A DNA stretch of 64,000 bases from Octopus sinensis. Lineage: Eukaryota. This document shows, in pieces, positions 29,615-41,087 of the stretch. Numbering within the stretch: position 1 is the first letter of the stretch; each line of letters opens with the position of its first letter. Position numbers and translations under genes: made by a program. The notes beneath the pieces are model-generated. The model was not told the origin of the DNA and did not search any database. It worked only from the letters and a program-made list of their open reading frames with translations. The stretch is taken from contig NC_043026.1 of assembly GCF_006345805.1 (NCBI RefSeq), positions 4,340,001 to 4,404,000 on the forward strand, written 5' to 3'.

Positions 29615-30420
29615 AGTAACTTGATTACACACAAACGTATTCATACTAGAGAGAAGTCTTACCACTGTGATGTCTGCAGCACATCATTCTCTGACCAAAG
29701 TGCCTTAAAGTCTTATATACAAAGTGTTCATACAGGGGAGAAGCCATTTCACTGTAACGGTGATAATGATGATGATTTGTGAGAAATCTTTCTCTAAAAA
29801 CATTAGCTTGACTACACACAAACATTCATACAGGAGAGAAACCTTATCATTGTGATGTCTGTTTTATGTCATTCTCTCATCAAAGTGCTTTTAATTCACA
29901 CATGCGTTTCCATACGGGGAAGAAGCCATTTCACTGTGACATCTGTAGTAAATCATTCTTTCAAAAATGTGACTTGCATAGACACAAACGTCTTCATACA
30001 GGAGAGAAGCCTTATCACTGTGATGTCTGTGGTACATCATTCTCTGACCGAAGCGCTTTAAATTCTCACATACGTGTTTATACAGGGGAAAAGCCGTTTC
30101 ACTGTGAATTCTGTGGCAAGTCATTCTCCGAAAGTGCTACATTGACTAGACATACACGTATTCATACAGGAGAGAAGCCATATCATTGTGATATCTGTGG
30201 TACATCATTCTCTCAGCAAAGTGCCTTAAATTGTCACATTTGTGGTAAATCATTCTCTCGAAGTAATATCTTGACTACACACAAACATGTCCATACAGGA
30301 TAGAAGCCATATCACTGTAATATCTGTGGTAAATCATTCTATCACAGTAGTACTTAAACTTCTCACAAACATGTTCATTCAAGAGAGACATATTCCTGTA
30401 ATATCTGTGGTAAATCATTA
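29615..30420 (+). pseudogene. C2H2 zinc-finger array C (degenerate or partial duplicate)
   Basis: ORF 29,866-30,303 with ~5 fingers plus broken fingers on both sides; no own start or leader seen. Confidence 0.7.
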
Positions 30421-30714
30421 ACTTCTCCTGCCTTAACGTTTTTCTTATTTTATTTTACAAACGAATCCTTTCTAATGGTTTTAACTTGTGACCTCAGTTC
30501 AAATTGTAATTGACCAATTGGAGAGACTACTCTACTTAGACTTGCTCCATTGTGGACCATAGGTGGCACCCTAGGCAGTAATTTCTGTGAGTAAATTTTT
30601 CTTAGGTACCCTACAGTAATTGTCTACTTTTACTTGAGTTTACTCCAATAGAATAGGTACTGCCCTTTGATAATTATGTTAGTATTTTCCTTATATATAG
30701 TTTCTTGATAACTT

Positions 30715-31055
30715 CATCATCATCATCGTTTAGCGTCCGCTTTCCATGCCAGCATGGGTTGGACGGTTCAACTGGGGTCTGGGAAGCCAGAAAGCTGCAC
30801 CAGGCCCAGTCTGATCTGGCAATGTTTCTATGGCTGGATGCCCTTCCTAACGCCAACCACTCCGTGAGTGTAGTGGGTGCTTTTTATGTGCCACCGGCAT
30901 GGGGGCCAAGCAAGGCTGGCAAACGACCACAATCGGATGGTGCTTTTTACGTACCACCGGCACAGAGGCCAGTCGGGGCAGCACTGGCAACGGCCACGTT
31001 CAGATGGTTCTCTTACGTACCACCGGCACTGGTACCAGAGCTGCAATTTCCATTT
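30715..31055 (-). mobile_element. RTE 3' UTR-derived repeat copy
   Basis: Same family as 28,549 and 61,900. Confidence 0.75.
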
Positions 31056-31071
31056 CCTTTCCATATATATA

Positions 31072-31260
31072 TAAGTTAAGTTAATTTGGCTCAAAAAGCT
31101 AGGCCATGTAGGGGGACATGGAGTTATGTACCGGGTGGTGTTCATGCAAAGAGTTCAGGCCATTTCTGTTCGAGAGAGACCTTGAACCGAGCGGTCTTCG
31201 GCATATTCACTATCTCGTCCGGCAGCTTATTCCACGGATCTGCAACCCGGACGATTGATA
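31072..31260 (-). mobile_element. CR1-like LINE extreme 3' end
   Basis: Reverse strand reads RVADPWNKLPDEIV; (CTTAA)n tail. Confidence 0.6.
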
Positions 31261-31348
31261 AAAATGGTAAGATAAAAGAAAGAAAGAGACTCGATATTAT
31301 GTAAATAGAGGAAATTATCTGTAAATGTAATATGTGACAATTATTCAG

Positions 31349-31487
31349 TGGCCAAGATAAAATCTGAGTTTCGGATGCCGAGGTGGAAATTCACATCGCC
31401 ATCTCTTCAATTATGCGGCCATAACTGAAGAGATGGCAGCGTGAATTTCCATCTCGGCATCCGAAACTCAGAGTTTTATCTTGGCTA
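31349..31487. ncRNA. Fold-back inverted repeat with a type I hammerhead-like motif in each arm (Penelope terminal-repeat type)
   Basis: + strand: ataa-CTGAAGA-gatg...catcc-GAAACTCAGAGTT-ttat; mirror copy on the - strand. Confidence 0.6.
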
Positions 31488-31789
31488 CCGATTTCCAGGG
31501 TGAAGAGAAAACATGCTTTCAACAAGTTGGCATCTTGTATATATAATAAAGTAGCAGTAATGCTCGTCATTGAGTTACTTTTACTGCTTCTGGGCAGCCA
31601 CGTTCAAAGTATTATTATATATATAATTTACTCCTCCTGTATGTGTGTATTTTTATAATAAAAAATATGTAATAATTGAATTAGAAAAAAGATAAATTTT
31701 ATGCATGAACTTCTGTTTGTTTGTTACATGACAATAATAAATGAATTTTATGAGTTATTGTATTTATCAATCCAGTAATGGCAATTATT

Positions 31790-32010
31790 GATAATAATAA
31801 TAATGAAATTATTGTATACAGTGCTCGGGTGCACCACAACTTGTCAAAAGTGTGTATAAAGCATATGCAGTAATGTACAAATGTCTGGAAAGCGAACAAT
31901 GTATGAGTCAGATACATGCTTGCTTGTGTGTATGGAGGGGAGAAAATCAGGTGTAGTGTTGGCGAATCTCTGGAAGCATGGAAGTTTTGAAGGATGCAGT
32001 GCTCCGACAA
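31790..32010 (-). mobile_element. CR1 LINE 3' end (second copy at 32,235-32,362)
   Basis: Same sequence as 24,762-24,975. Confidence 0.75.
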
Positions 32011-32699
32011 TAATAATAACAACCCTCCCTTTCCTATTTTATATCCTTCATATGTCCTTCTCTTTTACTTTCTTCTCTCTTTCCCTGTCTCCTTCTAAAT
32101 GCCAACTTTAACATTTCCCTTCTTTTATATAAACATATATTATGTATGTGTGTGTGTTATATATTGTGTACATGTATATGTATATTATGTATGTGTATAT
32201 ACTTTTATTCTTGTACTTGTTTCACTCATAAAAAAATAATGAAATTATTGTATACAGTGCTCAGGTGCACCACACCTTGTCAAAAGTGCGTATAAAGCAT
32301 ATGCAGTAATGTACAAATGTCTGGGAAGTGAACAGTGTATGAGTCAGACAGATGCTTGTGTGTCATAAGAGAAAAAACATGCAATAATTGAAGTAGGAAA
32401 AAGATGAATTTCTGTTTGTTTATTATACGATAACAATAAGTGACTTGCACGTGTTATTATCTATCAATGCAGTAATGGCAATTATATAATCTATTTATAT
32501 AAAATTCTTTGCCTGTCTGTTCCCAATGCATTCTCAGACAGCTCAACCAAATTCAATCAAATTTTACACGATAATAGTATCAGACCCTGTGAGTGTCAAC
32601 ATGTAACTTTTTTTTTTTTTGGTTCATTTGCATTAAAACAATATAACATTGGCAATGGTTTGGCATTTCATGTCAAAAGTGAAAGAATAACATCTCTAT

Positions 32700-33150
32700 T
32701 CATCATCATCATCATCATCATTTAGTGTCCGCTTTCCATGCTGGCATGGGTTGGACTGTTCAACTGGGGTCTCTGAGGCCAGAAGGCTGCACCAGGCCCA
32801 GTCTGATCTGGCAATGTTTCTACGGCTGGATGCCCTTCCTAACGCCAACCACTCCGTGAGTGTAGTGGGTGCTTTTTACGTGCCAGATGGGGCTGGCAAA
32901 CGGCCACGGACAGATGGTGCTTTTTACGTGCCACCAGCACGGAAGCCAGTCGGGGCGGCGCTGGCAATGGCCATGTTCTGATGGTGCTTTTTACGTGCCA
33001 CCGGCACGGGGGCCAGGTGAGGCTGGCATCAGCCATGAATCGGATGGTGCTTTTTATGTGCCACCGGCACTGGTATCACAGCTGCAATTTCCATTGATGT
33101 TGATCGACTTCGATTTTGGTTCTGATTTCTGATTTCCACTTGCCTCAACG
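32700..33150 (-). mobile_element. RTE 3' UTR-derived repeat copy (long)
   Basis: Extends to gatttccacttgcctcaac, matching 62,300-62,320 next to the RTE ORF. Confidence 0.8.
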
Positions 33151-33487
33151 GAATGTCATGTAATTTTGTTTCATTTTTATTCTTCTACTTTTAATTCGAA
33201 TTATATCCCAATGTGAATGGCATTATCCATTGGCAACCTTCTGTCTTTACGGCCATGACAGCAGAATGGTATGTCAGTGTATGTGTATTGACTGACATAA
33301 TGAATCGCTGGAGGTGAAACTCTTGACAATAAATAATGAGGTGGCAAGTTCAAGGTATATAAAAATACACGTTTACCATTCAATTATCAGTTGATAATTA
33401 TCGCAGCAGTTGCAAATTTACCGTTAAATTAGCAGTTCATACAAATGCTTGTATTTGGTTAATTTGCTTATATTTGGTTAATATTTG

Positions 33488-33856
33488 TGGCACTCTGTCA
33501 GTTAGGACAAGAGTTCCAGTTGATCCGATCAACGGAACAGCCTGCCCATGGAATTGACATGCAAGTGGCTAAGCACTCCACAGACATGTGTACCCTTAAC
33601 GTAGTTCTCGGGGAGATTCAGCGTGACACAGAGTGTGACAAGGCTGGCCCTTTGAAATACAGGTAGAACAGAAGCAGGAAGGAAGAAAGTGGTGGTGAAA
33701 GAATACAGCAGGGTTCGCCACCACCCCCTGCCAGAGCTTCATGGAGATTTAGGTGTTTTTGCTCAATAAATACTCACAACGCCCAGCTTGGGAATCAAAA
33801 CAGCAATCCTATAACTGCGAGTCCGCTGCCCTAACTACTGGGCCATTGCACCTCCG
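33488..33856 (-). mobile_element. tRNA-derived SINE (second family)
   Basis: Reverse complement begins ggaggtgcaatggcccagtagttagggcagcggactcgcag...gattccc (A box and degenerate B box). Confidence 0.7.
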
Positions 33857-34372
33857 TTAATAGTTGATAGTCATACATCTATATGAATAGATACTGCATA
33901 CAGAAATAAAGACATGCATCATACATACAACTGCTTACAATAATAGAGATTACTGTGTAATTTAGTCTGTGTTCATGATTTTTGGTTTACGATATTGAAA
34001 AAAATATGCCACCAAAGGAAAGATGCAATCTCTCCAGAAACTGGTATAACTGGTGTGTGAGGAATGAACACAGAGTCACCTTTACCACAACCAGTGAGAA
34101 TATTTGCCTCAATGCAGTCTCTCATTGGTTTGTGCACAATCTTTTACCATTGCATAATTTTTGTTGAGAGAAGTTAGGCAACAGCATAATAGCTTCCTTT
34201 GATCCATTTACTTTCATTTTGGAGGACAAACAAACACACAAACCAACAGAATCTCTCTTTTATATATATATATAAATAAGAAGAAAAAAAACAATAATTT
34301 TCCTTGAACCATTTACTTTCATTTTGGAGGACAAACGGACAGAATCTCTGTCATATATATATATATATATAT

Positions 34373-34850
34373 ATAATAGTTATCGCCATACTAATATGGC
34401 ATTCTTATAAAAATAAGAATAAAGCTGTCCACTTATTAGCTCCATGAGGCCATCGCCTTAAGTTAGCTATTTGATACACAAACTGTATCCATATAACCTT
34501 CGAACAAGGGAGGTCAGTCGCTCCACACTACTTGACCGGCAGCTACAGACGCGTTTCGGGGTATTGCCCCTTTTCAATGCAGCGTAGCCAGACCAGTAGG
34601 TGTCGCTTCCGACAATCTCTGTTCGAAGGTTTTATTTACCTAGCTTCGGTGGAATACATCCACTTGTTTTCAATAATAGAAATATTAAAATTACTAAGTC
34701 TCTCTAAAAGAGAACAACGGCAGCGTTTCCGGAAAATAATAGTTATCGCCATACTAATATGGCATTCTTATAAAAATAAGAATAAAACTGTCCGCTTATT
34801 AGCTCCATGAGGCCATCGCCTTAAGTTAGCTATTTGATACACAAACTGTA
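34373..34850 (-). mobile_element. Penelope-type pseudo-LTR element: ~115-bp direct repeats flanking a hairpin with a hammerhead ribozyme
   Basis: Direct repeats at ~34,373-34,487 and ~34,736-34,850; hairpin ccttcgaaca/tgttcgaagg at 34,497-34,629. Confidence 0.6.
34542..34583 (-). ncRNA. Minimal type I hammerhead ribozyme, U3:A8 core variant
   Basis: GCUGCA-UUGAAAA-GGGGcaauaCCCC-GAAA-CGCG-UC-UGUAGC: stem I, core, stem II, palindromic stem III and a GUC site. Confidence 0.7.
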
Positions 34851-35984
34851 ACTGGGAAGCTTAATGTTACCCTAAGGAACTTAATTCTGACGTTAGTTTT
34901 TCATGCAATACCTTACCATCAGAAGAAAATCGATAAAATCATGCCATTTTGGGAAATCGCGTTCAAATTCAAGATGACATATTTTTGACAATATCTTTAA
35001 CAAATTGGCAGGAATTTTTTTTAAAATTCACAGCAAGCATCATGTCTGCTCCAAGGAGCTATATGGCCATTTTGATTCCAATAGGATACGTTATTACTGG
35101 AAAAAATCGGTTAATTACATCATATGTGGCACGCATAGCAAACCGATTTTTCTGCGATATTTTTTGAAAGTTCACGTAGATTTTCCCTACACCGATGTTG
35201 GACATCAAGTTTGCATTGAATGTCAAACTAACGACCTTTTGTCAATGCAGTTAACAAGTATTGGGAGAAATCGACAAAACCGTATCACTTTGAGACCGAC
35301 CATGCAAACCCTACAAAACTGACTTTTGTTAAATAGTTGGCGGATTTCAGGCGATTTAGTCGATTTTTGGCGCTTATATCATAAAGGTTACTAGAAATGG
35401 CATATGTTTTCCTTTTGCTTCAAATCCGAGCAATGTTGGGCTGTAGATGAGTTTGCGGTTGTGTGAGCACGTGCGCGTGTGTCCTTGACACGATGATTGC
35501 AGCTCTTCCCATTGGCTCCCCAAACGGTGAACAATGCTCTCAATTAAACACCCTTTGGCCAATCACATGCACTGACACACTCAGTTGTGCGCGTATAGTT
35601 TCTGACTCCCACTTCTTCTCTCGGTTCACACCCGCTCGCTTCACACGTTGGCCTACTTCTGCTAATCGCTGCTGCAGCCGCAAGTTATTCGAATACTTTT
35701 TTGTTTAAACTTTCTTTATAACTACCACCCCAAACGTTTTACCTGAAATTTTTGACGTACCCTAAGGGTCCTCGGGCGCTACTTGCAAACTCTAAGCCGC
35801 TTTTGTCGTGTGCACCAAAAAGCCATTTCCATTTGTTGGTTCAGTTTGGTCACTTTTTCGTTGTTGTCCCTCACCTTGCTGCCCGCTTTTTTTCCGTTTT
35901 TGTACATTTTCATACATTTTGGGATACTTACCCCATATGTTCCTTTTTATTACACCTTTGCCAAACACATTGCTATCCACCAAA

Positions 35985-38900
35985 ATGCCACCCAAGAAGA
36001 GAAGGAACCTCCTCAGCCCTCGGACGGCCAAGGCATCGGCTGCTAGGGCTAGAAGGGCACGCGAGACCCACGAGGAAACCGCCTTGCGCCTCTCGCAAAA
36101 AGCTTCCCATTCTGCCGCTGCTGAGGCATCTGAAACTACTAGCGACTGTTCTACCCGACTTGCAAGGGCCACAGCGTACAGATCTTCCCTCCGCTCGAGG
36201 TTGACGAAAGAGCAACAGTCCAGCCAAAACATGCAGGCTTCTTCCTGTGCTTCCATCCGCAGAGCTCGTGAGAACCCCGAACAAAGGGCCATTCGGAATG
36301 CGGCTAACGCCGCTAGCACCGCCTGGACACGATCTGTCGAAACACCTCAACAGAGGAGAACTCGCCAAGCTGCTGACGCCGCAAACACAGCCATGGCCCG
36401 ATCTGCCGAAACACCTCAACAGAAGAGAGCTCGCCAAGATGCTGACACCGCAAACACAGCCATGGCCCGATCTGCTGAAACACCTCAACAGAGGAGAACT
36501 CGCCAAGCTGCTGACGCCGCAAACACAGCCATGGCCCGATCTGCCGAAACACCTCAACAGAGGAGAGCTCGCCAAGCTGCTGACGCCGCAAACACAGCCA
36601 TGGCCCGATCTGCCGAAACATCTCAACAGAAGAGAGCTCGCCAAGCTGCTGACACCGCAAACACAGCCATGGCCCGATCTGCCGAAACACCTCAACAGAA
36701 GAGAGCTCGCCAAGCTGCTGACGCCGCAAACACAGCCATGGCCCGATCTGCCGAAACACCTCAACAGAAGAGAGCTCGCCAAGATGCTGACACCGCAAAC
36801 ACAGCCATGGCCCGATCTGCTGAAACACCTCAACAGAGGAGAACTCGCCAAGCTGCTGACGCCGCAAACACAGCCATGGCCCGATCTGCCGAAACACCTC
36901 AACAGAGGAGAGCTCGCCAAGCTGCTGACGCCGCAAACACAGCCATGGCCCGATCTGCCGAAACATCTCAACAGAAGAGAGCTCGCCAAGCTGCTGACAC
37001 CGCAAACACAGCCATGGCCCGATCTGCCGAAACACCTCAACAGAAGAGAGCTCGCCAAGATGCTGACACCGCAAACACAGCCATGGCCCGATCTGCTGAA
37101 ACACCTCAACAGAAGAGAGCTCGCCAAGCTGCTGACACCGCAAACACAGCCATGGCCCGATCTGCCGAAACACCTCAACAGAGGAGAACTCGCCAAGCTG
37201 CTGACACCGCAAACACAGCCATGGCCCGATCTGCCGAAACACCTCAACAGAAGAGAGCTCGCCAAGATGCTGACACCGCAAACACAGCCATGGCCCGATC
37301 TGCTGAAACACCTCAACAGAGGAGAACTCGCCAAGCTGCTGACACCGCAAACACAGCCATGGCCCGATCTGCCGAAACACCTCAACAGAGGAGAACTCGC
37401 CAAGCTGCTGACACCGCAAACACAGCCATGGCCCGATCTGCCGAAACACCTCAACAGAAGAGAGCTCGCCAAGATGCTGACACCGCAAACACAGCCATGG
37501 CCCGATCTGCCGAAACACCTCAACAGAGGAGAACTCACCAAGCTGCTGACACCGCAAACACAGCCATGGCCCGATCTGCCGAAACACCTCAACAGAGGAG
37601 AACTCGCCAAGCTGCTGACACCGCAAACACAGCCATGGCCCGATCTGCCGAAACACCTCAACAGAAGAGAGCTCGCCAAGATGCTGACACCGCAAACACA
37701 GCCATGGCCCGATCTGCTGAAACACCTCAACAGAAGAGCTCGCCAAGCTGCTGACACCGCAAACACAGCCATGGCCCGATCTGCCGAAACATCTCAACAG
37801 AAGAGAGCTCGCCAAGCTGCTGACACCGCAAACACAGCCATGGCCCGATCTGCCGAAACACCTCAACAGAAGAGAGCTCGCCAAGCTGCTGACACCGCAA
37901 ACACAGCCATGGCCCAATCTGCCGAAACACCTCAACAGAAGAGAGCTCGCCAAGCTGCTGACGCCGCAAACACAGCCATGGCCCGATCTGCCGAAACATC
38001 TCAACAGAAGAGAGCTCGCCAAGCTGCTGACACCGCAAACACAGCCATGGCCCGATCTGCCGAAACACCTCAACAGAAGAGAGCTCGCCAAGATGCTGAC
38101 ACCGCAAACACAGCCATGGCCCGATCTGCCGAAACATCTCAACAGAAGAGAGCTCGCCAAGCTGCTGACACCGCAAACACAGCCATGGCCCGATCTGCCG
38201 AAACTCCAGACCAACGAACTATTCGGACATCCAGAGATGCCATTAACACTGCTTCTGGTAGGGTTTCAGAGGGTGCGGAGGCGAGAGCTGAAAGGCTTTC
38301 AAGGGATGCCACTGCTACCGCTGTCGCACGTGCATCTCAAACTGCTGAGGCACGGCGCACTCGACTTGAGAGTATCAACCAACGTTGGGATATCATTTGT
38401 GGTGTACGTACCCCTGCCCCCGCTTTCTGGTCGTCACTAGCATTCAACTACGACGCCACAATTAACTTCTCCTTGCGTGACGACATCAAGATAGGGTCAA
38501 TGACAATTGTATGCCAGTTTTGCAAAGCCAAGAAATGGCCCGGAGAGCCACCTGAACCACTGAAAGATCTTGCGGCGGATTTAACCCCCGAATCGTCACA
38601 ATTCCTTGAAATCATTCGAAAGTACAACTGCTCATTCCAAATGACCTCTTTCGGGGCCAAAATTCCTCCTAGAGAAGGCTGGATGCCTACATTCAAAGTG
38701 CAGGGACAGGTCTACCATCTTATTGGGTCACTTCTGCCAGACGAGATTCAGCAGTCTTCTTTCCTCCAAATCTACTTCATTGCCGACTACAACCAGCAGG
38801 TTGATGCACGCCTTGGAATAATACCGGGTACATGCTATGTTCCCCGCAAAGACATTCTTCTCCGTCTCCAAACCATGCTTCATGATATCAACAGCTACGT

Positions 38901-40987
38901 CTGCAGCTTCAGGTATGCCTTGGACAGTGCTCCGTCTCCAAACTTCACCATTGTCATTGATGCTGATAAACGACCCCACGAGGAGCACGAACGCCGTTTC
39001 AACGCACCTGCGTGCAACGAAATTGCCGCAGTCATACACGGAGAGCAACACAACAGCCGTGACATAATCATCTCCTCCCGTGGTAACAGCCTACGCAGGA
39101 TCAGCGAGACTCACAGATCTTATGACGCGTTTCAGTATCCATTGCTTTTCCCTTATGGGGAAGACAGCTACCAATTCGGAATTCCTTTACGGCAGCCCTC
39201 CAATCAAAATACTGCGGCATCAAAGACGGTTTCCTGCAGGGCGTTCTACTCATACCGGTTCATGGTCAGGGAGGGTGAGTTCAACTTATTGCCCCGTTGT
39301 CGTCAGCTATTCAACCAGTTCACCGTCGACATGGCCGCAAAAATGGAATCGGAAAGGCTGCTATACATTAAACTTAATCAGACCAAACTTCGCTCCGACT
39401 CCTACGTTCATCTCCGTGACGGCTTGCAACAAGAAAATGACTCTCGCAACATCGGCAAGCCATGCATTCTACCCTCACGGGAGGACCGCAATATATGTGT
39501 GAAAGGTCCCAAGACGCCTTGACCTACGTGCGCATTTACGGCCGGCCGGACCTCTTTATCACCTAACGTGCAATCCCAACTGCGACGAAATCACTCGCGA
39601 ACTCCTCCCGGGTCAGTCTCACACCCATCGACACGAGATCATTGGTAGGGTTTTCCATTTGAATTTGGGCAAAATGATGGATTTGATAGTTAAGGGTCAG
39701 ATTTTCGGGCATGTCAGGTGCCACATGCTTTCGGTCGAGTGGCAAAAGAGGGGCTTGCCACATGCTCACATCTTAATTTGGCTAACTAATAAAATCGAGA
39801 CTAATGACATTGACAAATTCATTTCCGCCGAGATTCCTGACCCCGATGAGGACACCGAACTGTACGAAATTGTCCGCACTACCATGGTACACGGGCCCTG
39901 TAGACCAAATTACGCCAACACACCATGCTGCAAAAATGGATTAGCCTGCTCAAAGGGATTCCCTAAACGGTTCACTTTGGAGACTCAAACAGGCGGTGAT
40001 GGGTATCCGCTGTACAAACGAAGGAGTCCAGCCAATGGAGGCCGCACGATTACGGTTGGGCGACATCAAGTGGACAACAGCTACATTGTCCCCTACTGTC
40101 CTCTCATGTCGAAGATATTCAAAGCTCACGTCAACGTTGAGTTCTGCAGCTCCATCAGGTCAATACAATATGTCTGCAAGTATATCAACAAGGGTAGCGA
40201 TGCTGCCATGTTCAGCATCCAGAGGACCACCAGTCGCGACGAAGTGTCCAACTACTTGGCAGGCCGGTACCTCAGCAGCAACAAAGCGTTTTGGTGCATT
40301 TACGACTTCCCGCTCCATCAGAGACACCCGGCTGTGGTGCAGCTTGCTGTACACATGGAAAATGGACAGCGAATTTACTTCACAGAGCAAAGTGCGGCGC
40401 AGGTAGCCACCAACCCTAAAGACACAACGTTGACCGGTTTCTTCAAATTATGCCAACGTGATGACTTCGCTCGAACGCTTTTGTACCCCCAGGTCCCGTC
40501 GTACTTCGTGTGGTCCAACAACACCTGGGTTCGACGGAAATCCGGCAAAAACGTCGAAGGCTTCCCAGGCGTCAAGTTTGACTCTTGCTTGGGTCGAGTT
40601 TACAACATCCCGCCAAACCAGCAAGAATGCTTCTACCTCCGTCTCCTTCTACATGAGGTCACTGGTCCAACAGGTTTCGGCAATATATGTACTGTCAATG
40701 GGGTTCTGTGCGACACCTTCAGGGAAGCATGTATGAGACTTGGCCTTCTAGAGGATGACTCCCAGTGGGACGCCACTAGTGCAGAGGGCGCTTTACTGCA
40801 AACGCCTTCGGCTCTACATCTTTTTACAATCCTTCTTCAAAAATGTCAGTTTAGTGACCCACTAAGTCTCTAGATGAAATACAGGGATGACATGTCGCAG
40901 GACTTCTTACGTACGGCTCAGCAACACTGCCCTTCCGCCGAGATCACGTTCACCAACTTCATTTACAATTTTGCGCTTATTCAACTC
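35985..40987 (+). mobile_element. Helitron Rep(-Hel) transposase coding region, frameshifted, truncated by the assembly gap
   Basis: MPPKKRR start; CQFC..KWPGE; YN.SFQMTSFG; FKVQGQVYH; RRFNAP; SYDAFQYPLLF; YGRPDLFIT; VEWQKRGLPHAHIL (HUH); YVCKYINKG; GRVY...FYLRLLL...TFREAC..LGLLEDD. Confidence 0.95.
36333..38193 (+). repeat. Coding minisatellite: 27 x 69 bp (23-aa STPR-like unit SAETPQQKRARQAADTANTAMAR)
   Basis: 1861 bp = 27x69 minus a 2-bp deletion at ~37,735; units counted from the translation. Confidence 0.95.
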
Positions 40988-41087
40988 NNNNNNNNNNNNN
41001 NNNNNNNNNNNNNNNNNNNNNNNNNNNNNNNNNNNNNNNNNNNNNNNNNNNNNNNNNNNNNNNNNNNNNNNNNNNNNNNNNNNNNNN
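40988..41087. other. Assembly gap (100 N)
   Basis: Run of N; fixed-size scaffolding gap. Confidence 1.

Noticed and set aside
36333-38193. CRISPR-like appearance of the regular repeat
   Set aside because: Contiguous tandem units with no unique spacers; coding; eukaryotic context; no cas genes.
35973-38214. Long antisense Cys-rich ORFs (599 aa and 633 aa) and the LPKHLNRRELAK frame at the start of the 1091-aa ORF
   Set aside because: Shadow frames of a 69-bp unit that happens to lack stops. Only the ETPQQ frame is in register with the flanking diverged units and the Helitron start.
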